The notes below the pieces were generated by a model. It saw only the letters and a list, made by a program, of their open reading frames with translations, made no database searches and was not told the origin of the DNA. A DNA stretch of 64,000 nt from Opitutaceae bacterium (lineage in GTDB: Bacteria > Verrucomicrobiota > Verrucomicrobiia > Opitutales > Coraliomargaritaceae). The stretch covers positions 96,001 through 160,000 of the forward strand of contig JBPOFY010000002.1 of NCBI GenBank assembly GCA_051252375.1. The letters are read 5' to 3'. This document shows positions 40,403 through 50,043 of the stretch, in pieces; positions within the stretch are counted from its first letter, which is position 1; each line of letters starts with the position of its first letter. The position numbers and the translations under genes are program-made.

Positions 40403-41242
40403 ATGTATTATTTAGCCATTAATGAGAACACCAAAGTCGTATATGCAGGCGGAGCTAGACAGCACATGGATCGTTTGATGCCGAACCCTGTATTAGTCCC
40501 CTTTGCTTTTGGACAGCCCGAAGGCACTGATCCGGATAAGCATGTGTTTCTTGAAGAGAGTTTTGATCCCGTAACGAAAATTAGACGTGGAAGAGTATAT
40601 CGAAGGGAAGACGGTTCATATCCTCAATATATGACGGTGCGGGATCCATATGGAAAATTTCACGTCTGCTCTGAGTCAGTCGTCATCTATCAAAGAGATA
40701 TCTTGAACGAGTGGCGGGATACTTCACTGCAAAAGATGCCAACCGTATGTCTGGGGCAAGCACCATTCTTTACGCAATGGAAACTCATTCAAATCGAGGC
40801 GGATATTTCTCGAAGCACGCTGCTGGTGCTAAAGTCCTACCGTTCCTTTGGAGAACTCCCGGAGTTGATTGAGGAGGAGATTCCAGTAGTTATTCGTAAG
40901 TCACTCTACGAGCGTATTGAGCACGTAGAATCTAGTATCCACAATCAGACACCTCATAACATTGCAGATCGCTGTCGAGATGCGCTCGCCCTCATTTTTA
41001 GCCATATCGCCGAATGTCCGACTGCCGACTTGGATGAGGCACTAAAGAAATACGAAAAACATCCTCTCGGGACCCAAAAGCACCTAATCCAACACGCCAG
41101 TCACGTCGTGCGGATGCTCCACTCACGTGGCAAACCCAACGCTGGAACGAAGTGGCAAACACGCCCCTTAGATGAAGCCGAAGGGCAGCTTGCTGTGAGA
41201 TCATTGGGGCTGGTGCTAAAAGATCTGAACTGGGCACAGTGA
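40403..41242 (+). CDS. Hypothetical protein with helical C-terminal domain (possibly HEPN/Abi-like)
   Basis: 279-aa ORF 6 bp after the HNH gene; FDPVTKIRRGR and RCRDAL...RMLHSRGKP motifs. Confidence 0.65.
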   Translation: MYYLAINENTKVVYAGGARQHMDRLMPNPVLVPFAFGQPEGTDPDKHVFLEESFDPVTKIRRGRVYRREDGSYPQYMTVRDPYGKFHVCSESVVIYQRDILNEWRDTSLQKMPTVCLGQAPFFTQWKLIQIEADISRSTLLVLKSYRSFGELPELIEEEIPVVIRKSLYERIEHVESSIHNQTPHNIADRCRDALALIFSHIAECPTADLDEALKKYEKHPLGTQKHLIQHASHVVRMLHSRGKPNAGTKWQTRPLDEAEGQLAVRSLGLVLKDLNWAQ

Positions 41243-41306
41243 GGATATACTAATATAAAACACTATCTGCGCACAATGTAATCGCTAAATAAACTCTAAT
41301 AATATC

Positions 41307-41615
41307 ATGGCCACAGGACTCTCCAATAAACTCACAGGACAAATCGGCGAATACATGGTGTGCGCCGAGTTGGGTAGGCTTGGTCTGATTGCGACATCGT
41401 TTACAGGGAATGTGCCCGAATACGACTTGTTGGTCTGTGACTCGGGACTGAAGTCGCTCCCAATACAGGTCAAAACAACCCGCAGCGCGACATGGCCCAG
41501 TCGAGCAGATCATTGCAGACCATCTACGCACTACTCACGCTTCTGTCAACTTTCACACTTTCAACCTTCCTATCTTCACACTTTCACCCTTTCCAACCTC
41601 AACTCCACATCATGA
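41307..41615 (+). pseudogene. Probably truncated small PD-(D/E)XK nuclease
   Basis: TGQIGEYMVCAEL..YDLLV..IQVKT core, then the frame degenerates into a low-complexity tract at about 41510. Confidence 0.6.
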
Positions 41616-43000
41616 AAGACATCATTTGCCCACACTGTAACAAAGCATTCAAGGTCGACGAAGCGGGCTACGCAGACATCCTCAAACAAGTCCGGGACAG
41701 TGATTTCGATAAACAGTTGCATGAGCGCCTCGAATTGGCTGAAAAGGAAAAGTTCAACGCGGTCGAACTCGCGAAAGAAAAAGCTGCCAACGAATCGCAG
41801 AAGACTGCCGCTGCCCAAGAAGCTGAAATCCAGCAACTGAAAGCCCAGCTAGATAAAGGCGAAGAAGCGCGCAAGCTTGCCGTGGCTCAGGCCCTGGCCG
41901 CAGTCGAAAAAGAACGCGACAAGCTAGCAAACGAACTGCATCAAGCGAAGCAAGACACCCAAGCCGCTTCGCAACTAGCAGAGTTGACGCGCAACAAGGA
42001 TCTTCAGGAAGCCGCAGCCAAGAAGGATGCCGAGATCCAAGCACTCAAGACCAAGCTGGAATCGAACGAGGTCAATCAGAAGCTCGCGATCAATGAAGCG
42101 GTCGGCATTGTTGAAAAGCAACGAGACGCATTTCAAAATAGTCTCAAGCAAGCGGAGCTACAGAAACAGCTGGCTGAAACGTCCCTCAAGGATAAATACG
42201 AGACCCAGATCAAAGACCGCGACGAAGCCATTGAGCGCCTCCGTGATATGAAAGCCAAGCTCTCCACCAAGATGGTCGGCGAAACACTGGAGCAACACTG
42301 CGAGACCGAGTTCAACCGCCTACGGGCGACCGCTTTCACTAAGGCCTATTTTGAAAAAGACAACGACGCCAAGAGCGGCAGCAAGGGCGATTACATCTTC
42401 CGCGATTCCGACGATGCTGGAAACGAAGTCGTTTCGATCATGTTCGAGATGAAGAACGAGAACGACACCACCGCGACCAAAAAGAAGAACGAAGACTTCC
42501 TCAAAGAACTCGATAAAGACCGCACTGAAAAAGGCTGCGAATACGCAGTGCTCGTCTCACTGCTAGAGCCCGAGAGCGAACTCTATAATTCCGGGATCGT
42601 CGATGTCTCCCACCGCTACCCGAAGATGTATATCATTCGGCCGCAGTTCTTTATCCCAATGATCACCCTACTACGCAACGCCGCGATGAATTCGATGGAA
42701 TACAAGGCCGAGCTCGCACTGGTTAAATCGCAGAGCATCGACGTCACCGAATTCGAAGAGAAATTAGAAACCTTCAAAAGTGGCTTCGCCAGAAACTACG
42801 ACCTAGCCGGCAAGAAGTTCCAGACCGCGATCGACGAAATCGACAAGTCGATCACCCACCTCCAAAAGACCAAAGACGCCCTCCTCGGCACCGACCGCAA
42901 CCTTCGCCTCGCCAACGACAAAGCACAGGACGTCACGATCAAAAAATTGACCCGAGGGAACCCCACCATGAAAGCCAAGTTCGACGAGCTGAACGACTAA
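41612..43000 (+). CDS. DUF2130 domain-containing coiled-coil protein
   Basis: [29 protein letters not shown] start, long coiled coil, [26 protein letters not shown]. Confidence 0.9.
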   Translation: MKDIICPHCNKAFKVDEAGYADILKQVRDSDFDKQLHERLELAEKEKFNAVELAKEKAANESQKTAAAQEAEIQQLKAQLDKGEEARKLAVAQALAAVEKERDKLANELHQAKQDTQAASQLAELTRNKDLQEAAAKKDAEIQALKTKLESNEVNQKLAINEAVGIVEKQRDAFQNSLKQAELQKQLAETSLKDKYETQIKDRDEAIERLRDMKAKLSTKMVGETLEQHCETEFNRLRATAFTKAYFEKDNDAKSGSKGDYIFRDSDDAGNEVVSIMFEMKNENDTTATKKKNEDFLKELDKDRTEKGCEYAVLVSLLEPESELYNSGIVDVSHRYPKMYIIRPQFFIPMITLLRNAAMNSMEYKAELALVKSQSIDVTEFEEKLETFKSGFARNYDLAGKKFQTAIDEIDKSITHLQKTKDALLGTDRNLRLANDKAQDVTIKKLTRGNPTMKAKFDELND

Positions 43001-43069
43001 GTTTAAGCACCCTCAAAATGTGAGACTGTTGTAGGGACCGCAAATGCACTTTAATATGAGAAAAATCAG

Positions 43070-44584
43070 ATGCCAGTAGACGCACAAATATTCATCACAT
43101 CAGATTGGCACTTAGGAGGAACCCCAGATTCCACTAATAATCACGGCGATAAAACACTTGGCCAACAAATTTGTCGTTCAGCAGCTCAAATCACAGAATT
43201 CATCGATTGGGTGCGCTCCATCTCGGATGGTTTCGATGGCATTACAGAAATCGTCATCAATGGCGATATGGTTGATTTCTTAAGTCCAGATGATGAGTTT
43301 GAAGCACTGCCTTGGACATCTGATCAAGACTTAGTGATTAAGAAGCTAAATAAGATCATCGCGAACTCCCAAGACGGTAACAATCGTGGTCCTTTTGAGG
43401 CGCTTGCTGAGTTTCTAAACTCCCCTAAGTGCGAACTAACAATACTTCTAGGAAATCATGACGTAGAGCTTTCATTACCTAAGGTGCGTGCCCACTTACA
43501 CACAATCCTTCACGCTGATGGTAAAAATTATCGATTCTTCTACGATGGAGAAGCCTACACCCGTGGAAAACTCCTCGTAGAGCACGGAAATCGCTATGAT
43601 AAGTGGAATTCCTTAGATCATAATGGCTTGAGAGCAGAGAGGTCAAAATTGTCTCGTGGCTATGTAATTGACGAAGGTGAGCGAAAGCAGAATTTCTTCA
43701 AAGCTCCAGCGGGAACATTAATAGTGACTTGTGCAATTAATTCCTTACTGCCCGAATATCCATTTCTGAATCTACTCAAGCCAGAGACTGAAGCGGCTAT
43801 CCCCATACTGCATTTTTTAAAGCCTGAGCGCGCAGCTATCATTCGACGAATCTTAAGTCTGTATAAAGTGCCGATACGTGCGCGAAGAGCACAACTTAAT
43901 AACAATGGTGAACCTCAATCCCAAGGAAATCTGGGTGGCGCCACTACAGGACATGAGACATTAGAAACTATATTTGCAAAGCACTCATTGGATATCCCAT
44001 CGAATGCTGTTACGTCTGGCCCATTAGGCATCGCGACTACAATTAGTGATGGATATGCATGGCTAGCAAGCAAAGCTAAGGAGGTTCAGAATACAAGTAG
44101 TCTTCTAAGTCGGCATGCCTCATTAGCCCTCGCCCAATCAGACGACAAACGCTTAAGGTCTCTGCAACAATTCCTTACGCCACTTAAAGAAGATAATGCA
44201 TTTGCTCTCGAAATCGAGAAAGACGAGTATTTGAGCGCAGCGGAGAATCTAGTCGCGTCAGGAGACTTCGAAGTCGTTATTTTTGGACATACTCATTTGC
44301 CAAAAAAAATCGAATTGGCCGAAAACACAGGAATATATATCAACGCTGGAGCATGGGCTGACATTATGAGACTTCCAGACCTAGCATTGGAAGACACGAC
44401 GGCGGGACACCAGTGCTTGAAGGATTTCTTGGTGGATACCCAAAATGGCAATATTGAAAAATACATACATCGCTCTTTGGGTTACGCCGAAATCGTGATT
44501 AAGGGTTCGGATATCACGACTTCAGATCTTAGAAGTTTTTGCAAATCTAATCCACGTGGAGAACCTCTGGAGCAATATGAGTAG
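43070..44584 (+). CDS. Calcineurin-like metallophosphoesterase with large insertion
   Basis: SDWHLGG, NGDMVD, GNHD, EHGN, FGHTH motifs. Confidence 0.9.
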   Translation: MPVDAQIFITSDWHLGGTPDSTNNHGDKTLGQQICRSAAQITEFIDWVRSISDGFDGITEIVINGDMVDFLSPDDEFEALPWTSDQDLVIKKLNKIIANSQDGNNRGPFEALAEFLNSPKCELTILLGNHDVELSLPKVRAHLHTILHADGKNYRFFYDGEAYTRGKLLVEHGNRYDKWNSLDHNGLRAERSKLSRGYVIDEGERKQNFFKAPAGTLIVTCAINSLLPEYPFLNLLKPETEAAIPILHFLKPERAAIIRRILSLYKVPIRARRAQLNNNGEPQSQGNLGGATTGHETLETIFAKHSLDIPSNAVTSGPLGIATTISDGYAWLASKAKEVQNTSSLLSRHASLALAQSDDKRLRSLQQFLTPLKEDNAFALEIEKDEYLSAAENLVASGDFEVVIFGHTHLPKKIELAENTGIYINAGAWADIMRLPDLALEDTTAGHQCLKDFLVDTQNGNIEKYIHRSLGYAEIVIKGSDITTSDLRSFCKSNPRGEPLEQYE

Positions 44585-46304
44585 TGCAAAAATCACTGAG
44601 AACGGGGAGCTACGTGGAACTGCGTGGCTAATCGATCCAACACATGCAGTAACCGCAGCACATTGCGTGTCTCAAGGCATCGATGGTATTTACCAATTGA
44701 GTTTCCAGTCTTCTACAGGCTTTCATGAGCCTGTGGATGCCAAGGTTGTAAGTTATCGTGACACGCTTGACGGCGCTCTGCTTGAAATCCTTGGTGATAT
44801 GCCCGCCAACTTAACCGCTTTAGAAGTATGCTATCGCGGCTCTTCAGGAGCCCCATCGTGGCAAGCGGACGGATTTCCTCAGATTACCGAAGAATTAGTA
44901 AATTCTTTCAGGTTGGATGGAGCAATATCACTACTATCTACAACAAGGAGCTCGGGAGATCCTGTGATCCAGTTAAGTTGTAACCAGGCGGACAGACCAT
45001 ATAATGAGCTTACTGTTGAGGATGGCTCGGCAGCCTCATTTTTAATCGGAAGCTCAGGTTCAGCTATAATAGTTCCATCTCAAAATAATCGTGTAGTCGG
45101 CATCATAAGTTTTGCTCCAAAGGAAGTTGAAGGAACCACGATTTTCGCCACTCCAATCGATGCCCTATGGGAGCACTTTCAAGAACACTTACCTAATGTC
45201 ATACCTCATACCTGGCAGGGAGACTCGCATCTTTTCATTCGATCCAAAGAGGACTCTCCCGAAGAAGTTGAAACAAATCTGACAACAAACGACATCGATC
45301 GAATTTGGACTGTGGGTTCAGCCTTAAAGTTAGATTGCGACCTTTTCACACGCTCATCTCCATTTACTGAGTCAGCCTTGTTGCGTATTATGCTTCACTC
45401 CAAGGGCCATACCGATATTTCAACGGCTCAACTCCCATTGTTACAGCAAAAGCTTAACCGAGCAATGATCGATTGTATTCCGATCAGTCAACCCGTCTCC
45501 GTTCTCCTGAATACGAATACTGGAATAAATAATAGATCCGGGCATATCCATTCTGACGATTCCTTTGCTAAAGAAATCCATCGGCATTGTGACCGTTGGG
45601 TATTAGGAAAAATAGACAATGAGCTTAAGGGATTATTTCTAACTTCTACAGGCCAAACTGTGGAATTCGATGGCTATACAATTGCAGCGGACATTATTGA
45701 TTCCATGAAAAAAACATGGGAGAATTGGTATTCTGAACTGAATCAAGGAGACGGTTCGCTATTACATCACTTCCTAACTTTGATGTTAACACCACATTCA
45801 GATCATAATATTGATAATGATGTCGGCATCGGTGTCGGGCCACTCACAATTGACCGTTGCATCCTCACTTCGATGATTTTCAGCCTAGCATTAGTGCCAC
45901 TGATGGACGAAGTATTAACCCCCAAGCGGCCGGACTTTGGAAATCTAGGTAGCGAAACCTGGAATGGACACTCTTGTGGCATCGTAACATATCAAAACGC
46001 GAAATTGGATACCCACCTAGTCAACCATAAATGGCTAACTAAAATAATATTACTTTCAGGATTCGAACAAAGCGCAGAAGTCTTGATGACTGAAGTTTCT
46101 AGACTCGATACCTCAACATCATCTCAGTCTGTGTCATTAGATCAAACACCTCCATCATCGCTTATTATTCCGTGTGATAGAAAGATACGGATTGCTATTA
46201 GCCAAGGGGTCGAAGCTCTGACGTTATGCCTAAGAGAACGATTCAAAAAACATGACTTATCCCAGGTCGAATACATAGAAATGGCGAGCAATACCAATAT
46301 ATGA
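44577..46304 (+). CDS. lmuA: Trypsin-like serine protease fused to a C-terminal domain; LmuA/ABC-3C effector
   Basis: TAAHCV (His), DGALL (Asp), GSSGS (Ser) in the N-terminal third; ATG 44577 overlaps the upstream gene. The symbol is inferred from context. Confidence 0.75.
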   Translation: MSSAKITENGELRGTAWLIDPTHAVTAAHCVSQGIDGIYQLSFQSSTGFHEPVDAKVVSYRDTLDGALLEILGDMPANLTALEVCYRGSSGAPSWQADGFPQITEELVNSFRLDGAISLLSTTRSSGDPVIQLSCNQADRPYNELTVEDGSAASFLIGSSGSAIIVPSQNNRVVGIISFAPKEVEGTTIFATPIDALWEHFQEHLPNVIPHTWQGDSHLFIRSKEDSPEEVETNLTTNDIDRIWTVGSALKLDCDLFTRSSPFTESALLRIMLHSKGHTDISTAQLPLLQQKLNRAMIDCIPISQPVSVLLNTNTGINNRSGHIHSDDSFAKEIHRHCDRWVLGKIDNELKGLFLTSTGQTVEFDGYTIAADIIDSMKKTWENWYSELNQGDGSLLHHFLTLMLTPHSDHNIDNDVGIGVGPLTIDRCILTSMIFSLALVPLMDEVLTPKRPDFGNLGSETWNGHSCGIVTYQNAKLDTHLVNHKWLTKIILLSGFEQSAEVLMTEVSRLDTSTSSQSVSLDQTPPSSLIIPCDRKIRIAISQGVEALTLCLRERFKKHDLSQVEYIEMASNTNI

Positions 46305-46903
46305 AAGCAATAGATTTACTGATAAAACGAGTTTATGAAATTGGTCATTCGCGAAATTGGCAAGTGGATGAAACATCAAATCTCTTAGATATAAAACCGC
46401 ATGATACCGAAATCCCAGCTAAAATAATATCGATTGATCAATATACCTTAGTAATTGGAGAGTTAGCATCTAGAATAGATAATGTCATTGAAGACTGGTC
46501 GAAACTTCAAGGCTTTGCCGCTCAAGTAAGAACTCGGTTGACCCCATCAAGAAATGAGGACGTCCTGCTTTTTCTGGTCGGCCCAGAAATTGAAGATGAT
46601 GACTTTCCGGAATGGAAATCAAGGGCAACTCAAATTGAGAGAAATGATTTAGTCTGCAGAAAATTGGTATGGCTGCCAACGACACAAGAGAATACCGTAG
46701 AGACTTCGCTCGCATCATTTATTGAACGCACCTTCCTAAGTAAGCCATGGAGCATTACCACATCAACGAAACAGCCAGAATTAGACAAGCTCTCATCTTC
46801 GAATATCATCCCAAATACATGGAAAAAAATTCTTGAGGAAAATTCGATCACCCCAGACTACAGTATAATCGTTGAACAGTTAATCCAATCTTTTGAATCA
46901 TGA
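46301..46903 (+). CDS. lmuC: ABC-three-component middle component (LmuC-like)
   Basis: 200 aa between effector and SMC ATPase, IERNDLVCRKLVW motif, ATGA overlaps at both ends. Confidence 0.7.
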   Translation: MKAIDLLIKRVYEIGHSRNWQVDETSNLLDIKPHDTEIPAKIISIDQYTLVIGELASRIDNVIEDWSKLQGFAAQVRTRLTPSRNEDVLLFLVGPEIEDDDFPEWKSRATQIERNDLVCRKLVWLPTTQENTVETSLASFIERTFLSKPWSITTSTKQPELDKLSSSNIIPNTWKKILEENSITPDYSIIVEQLIQSFES

Positions 46904-49900
46904 GTTCCTTATACCTAACAAAAGTGCGCATCTCAAACTTCCGGACATACGGAAAAAATTTTGAGTTTGAACTACCAAACACACCGGGACTTACAATTCT
47001 ATGCGGCATGAATGGACTGGGAAAGACTGGGTTCTTTGATGCAATGGAATGGGCACTTACCTCCAAAGTTGAACGCCTCGGTGCTTCAGACTCGGATAGA
47101 ATTTTAACTAGAGATGGAAGTGACGAGCCACATGGAGTTGATCTTTCGTGGGGAGATCTAAGAATAACAAGAGGTTTAGGAGAAGACACTTCAGGGGCTG
47201 ATATTGTTAACTTATTAAAATCTCCAACTTGGAACCCCAAGATAAACGAGATCGGTGCCTACTTAAAACTTACCCATCTTTTGCCTCAATCAGATACAGA
47301 GAGTTTCCTGAAATATGGTGAAAACAAACAGTGGGAATTATTAAAAGGTCCTGCTGGCGTGGATCAAGTCGAAGACATACGTAGATTGCTCAAAGGTCAA
47401 AAGCTTAGAAATAACTTCAATGCTAAGATAAGAGAGGTTGAGCAAAAAAAGGATCAGCTGATGATCAAAAAACAGCAATGGGAAACGATGCTAGAGGAGT
47501 TCGATAGGCTAAATGAATTAGCAACGATGAAAGCGGCATGCGACCCTAATCAATTAGAAGCAGAACTAGTTGAGATCTGCAAGGAAATCGAAGTCGCACA
47601 TGGCATCCAATTGCAGTTGGTTGATGATTTTAATCCTGCAATTAAAATACAGTATATTCGTGATCATATTGAAGAAAAGAAAAATCAAATACTCAAACAA
47701 GTAAGCCAACATCCAGTTGCACTTGAATTGTTGGAACAGTTCAACTCAGGCTCAGTGCGTAAAGCAGAATTGCAGCAGCGTGCTGAACGTATCCAGCTCA
47801 ACCATCATGCGTTAAATAAAGCATTAGAGAAAAAGCAGGAAACCCTGAGGAAAGCAGAAGAGATCCACCAGAAGTATCGCAAAGATTTTGAAAGTAAAAA
47901 AAGAGACTCTGCTTTGTTACTTAGTTTAATAGATGCTTGGGGCACCATTGATACCACGACTAGTCAATTAGAAGAACTTAAGAAGCAGTTAATCGTAGCC
48001 GAAAACGATTTAAACAGTATCAATAAAAAACAGCAGATACAGACACAATCACTCGAGAAATTTAAAAACCTAAAACAATCTGAGGATCAATTATTTAGTG
48101 ATCTTAAGTCTGTAGAAGAGAAACAAATTGCCTTCAATGAAGCAAGAAAAGAGATCGAGGAAGCACGTCAGTCTAAACAGCAAAATGTGATCTTAACAGA
48201 AAAGAAGATCAAGCTTACTAACACAAAGCAGAAAGCAGAAATAAATATCCTATTAAATGATGGAAAATTAAGAGGACTGAAAGACAAACTAAACTCCGAA
48301 CAAAAAAACGGAGATGCTATTAATAAAGCAGTTTCTATAATTGCTGAAAACTTAAACGAAGAAGATAACCTATGCCCAGTTTGTTTACATAAACACCCAG
48401 AAGGAGAGTTAACTCGTGCAATTCATCAAGCCTTGGAGCAAACGAATGTAGCCTCAAGTGAAACAATGAATAGCATCAAGTTGAATCAGAACATCCAATC
48501 CGAACTTAAGGAATCAATACAACTGACAACTGCAGAGTTAATCGAGATTGACAATCAGCTGAAGGCAATCGAACAAAAAGTAATTCGAGCAAACCAATTG
48601 TGCCAACCCTTCCACCTTGATGTATCTAGCCCTATTGAGGCTTTCTCTGAGCATTCAAAATATTTGAACAAGCAATTAGAGGAAAAAGAGGCAAAGCTCA
48701 GTAGCACCTCTCAACTGCTCACGCAAATGAAGCCAGCGGAAGATCTAGAAGCTGAAAAACTCGCACTAGAAGAACAACGAAGTCAGAAAACAAGACAGTC
48801 TGAATCAATACGTAAAAGTATAGATGAAAAGAATGCTATTCGAGAAAATGCTAAAGCCACACTGGCAACAAACAAAAGCCTATCGATTGATAACATCGAA
48901 ACTCTAAAGGACAAACGAGAAAAGCTTCTCACCCAAATTGCCGAAGTAAGTTCGCTACTCAACAACTCAGAAAAAGATAAAAACGACCTGCTCAATGAAG
49001 TTAAATCAACACTACAAGATATTGAACAAAATCATTTAGAGCTGAGCCAAAATGAAAAATCAAAAGAAGCTTCAATTGAACAAATCAATCAATCTAAAAA
49101 AACGCTACTTAAATTGGGCTATGCTGGCGAACCATCGACTGCATTACTGGATAAATTTCTCAATAGTTTAAAGTCTCAAGTCGGTAGCATTGAATCCTTC
49201 ATAGACCGATTAAAATCGATTGGAGATGCGTTTGCACTTTGGTCAGAGCAAAAACAACTATTAGTCTTAAAGAAAAGAATACAAGAGATGCTCAATGCGG
49301 ATAAGACAGCAAATATACAGGCATATACTCTAGGTCTAGACGCGAAAATTGCAGATTCAGAAAAAGAAATCGATCTCATACAGAAAACGATGGAACGCGT
49401 TGACACAACTGCGAACCAGTTGACTGAACTCTCACGTGAATTTGGAGAGAATGCATTAAATCCACTTAGCGAAAAAATCACACAGTTCCTAAGGATCATT
49501 TCACCATTTGATTATCGCTACAACATCGAACCACGAATTACTTCTGCACGCTCGAAGGTCAACACATCAATCGATTTCCCATGCGTCCACAATAATAGCA
49601 CAGTCACACGCGACATCGACACATGGCTAAGTGAAGGTCAAAAATCTATACTAGGCCTTGGAGTGCTTTTTGGAGCTAGCACAGTTTATAAATGGTCAAA
49701 ATGGAGAGCATTACTACTGGATGATCCACTACAACACACTGACCTGATTCATGTTAGTGCTTTTGCAGATGTAATACGTGGGCTCATTCGCGATGAATCG
49801 TATCAAATAATGCTCTCGACCCATAGCATCAGAGAAGCTGATTTCCTTGAACGAAAATGCGAAGCTTCTGGAATTCCTGTTAGGCGCATAACTCTGACAG

Positions 49901-49938
49901 GTTTAGGCCCCGAGGGCGTCCGGTATCGTGTGAGTTGA
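46900..49938 (+). CDS. lmuB: Rad50/SbcC-like SMC ABC-ATPase (LmuB, long form)
   Basis: ISNFRTY, GMNGLGKT, coiled coils, CPVC zinc hook, LSEGQ signature, LLLDDPLQH, STH. Confidence 0.85.
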   Translation: MSSLYLTKVRISNFRTYGKNFEFELPNTPGLTILCGMNGLGKTGFFDAMEWALTSKVERLGASDSDRILTRDGSDEPHGVDLSWGDLRITRGLGEDTSGADIVNLLKSPTWNPKINEIGAYLKLTHLLPQSDTESFLKYGENKQWELLKGPAGVDQVEDIRRLLKGQKLRNNFNAKIREVEQKKDQLMIKKQQWETMLEEFDRLNELATMKAACDPNQLEAELVEICKEIEVAHGIQLQLVDDFNPAIKIQYIRDHIEEKKNQILKQVSQHPVALELLEQFNSGSVRKAELQQRAERIQLNHHALNKALEKKQETLRKAEEIHQKYRKDFESKKRDSALLLSLIDAWGTIDTTTSQLEELKKQLIVAENDLNSINKKQQIQTQSLEKFKNLKQSEDQLFSDLKSVEEKQIAFNEARKEIEEARQSKQQNVILTEKKIKLTNTKQKAEINILLNDGKLRGLKDKLNSEQKNGDAINKAVSIIAENLNEEDNLCPVCLHKHPEGELTRAIHQALEQTNVASSETMNSIKLNQNIQSELKESIQLTTAELIEIDNQLKAIEQKVIRANQLCQPFHLDVSSPIEAFSEHSKYLNKQLEEKEAKLSSTSQLLTQMKPAEDLEAEKLALEEQRSQKTRQSESIRKSIDEKNAIRENAKATLATNKSLSIDNIETLKDKREKLLTQIAEVSSLLNNSEKDKNDLLNEVKSTLQDIEQNHLELSQNEKSKEASIEQINQSKKTLLKLGYAGEPSTALLDKFLNSLKSQVGSIESFIDRLKSIGDAFALWSEQKQLLVLKKRIQEMLNADKTANIQAYTLGLDAKIADSEKEIDLIQKTMERVDTTANQLTELSREFGENALNPLSEKITQFLRIISPFDYRYNIEPRITSARSKVNTSIDFPCVHNNSTVTRDIDTWLSEGQKSILGLGVLFGASTVYKWSKWRALLLDDPLQHTDLIHVSAFADVIRGLIRDESYQIMLSTHSIREADFLERKCEASGIPVRRITLTGLGPEGVRYRVS

Positions 49939-50043
49939 GGAATATATGTGCCTTATCTGATAATAACGAAGCAGGTTTGCTCCTTCTCGGCGAGAAATCC
50001 AATCTTCTGCTTAACCATTAATAAGTCGATATTCACCTAGCAT

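Noticed and set aside
41492..41611. N-terminal hydrophobic extension of the DUF2130 protein
   Set aside because: Derived from a low-complexity tract; the family-typical start is MKDIICPHC at 41612.
43070..49938. Housekeeping SbcCD repair operon
   Set aside because: The phosphoesterase lacks an SbcD-like layout and is separated from the ATPase by a protease and a middle component, inside an island.
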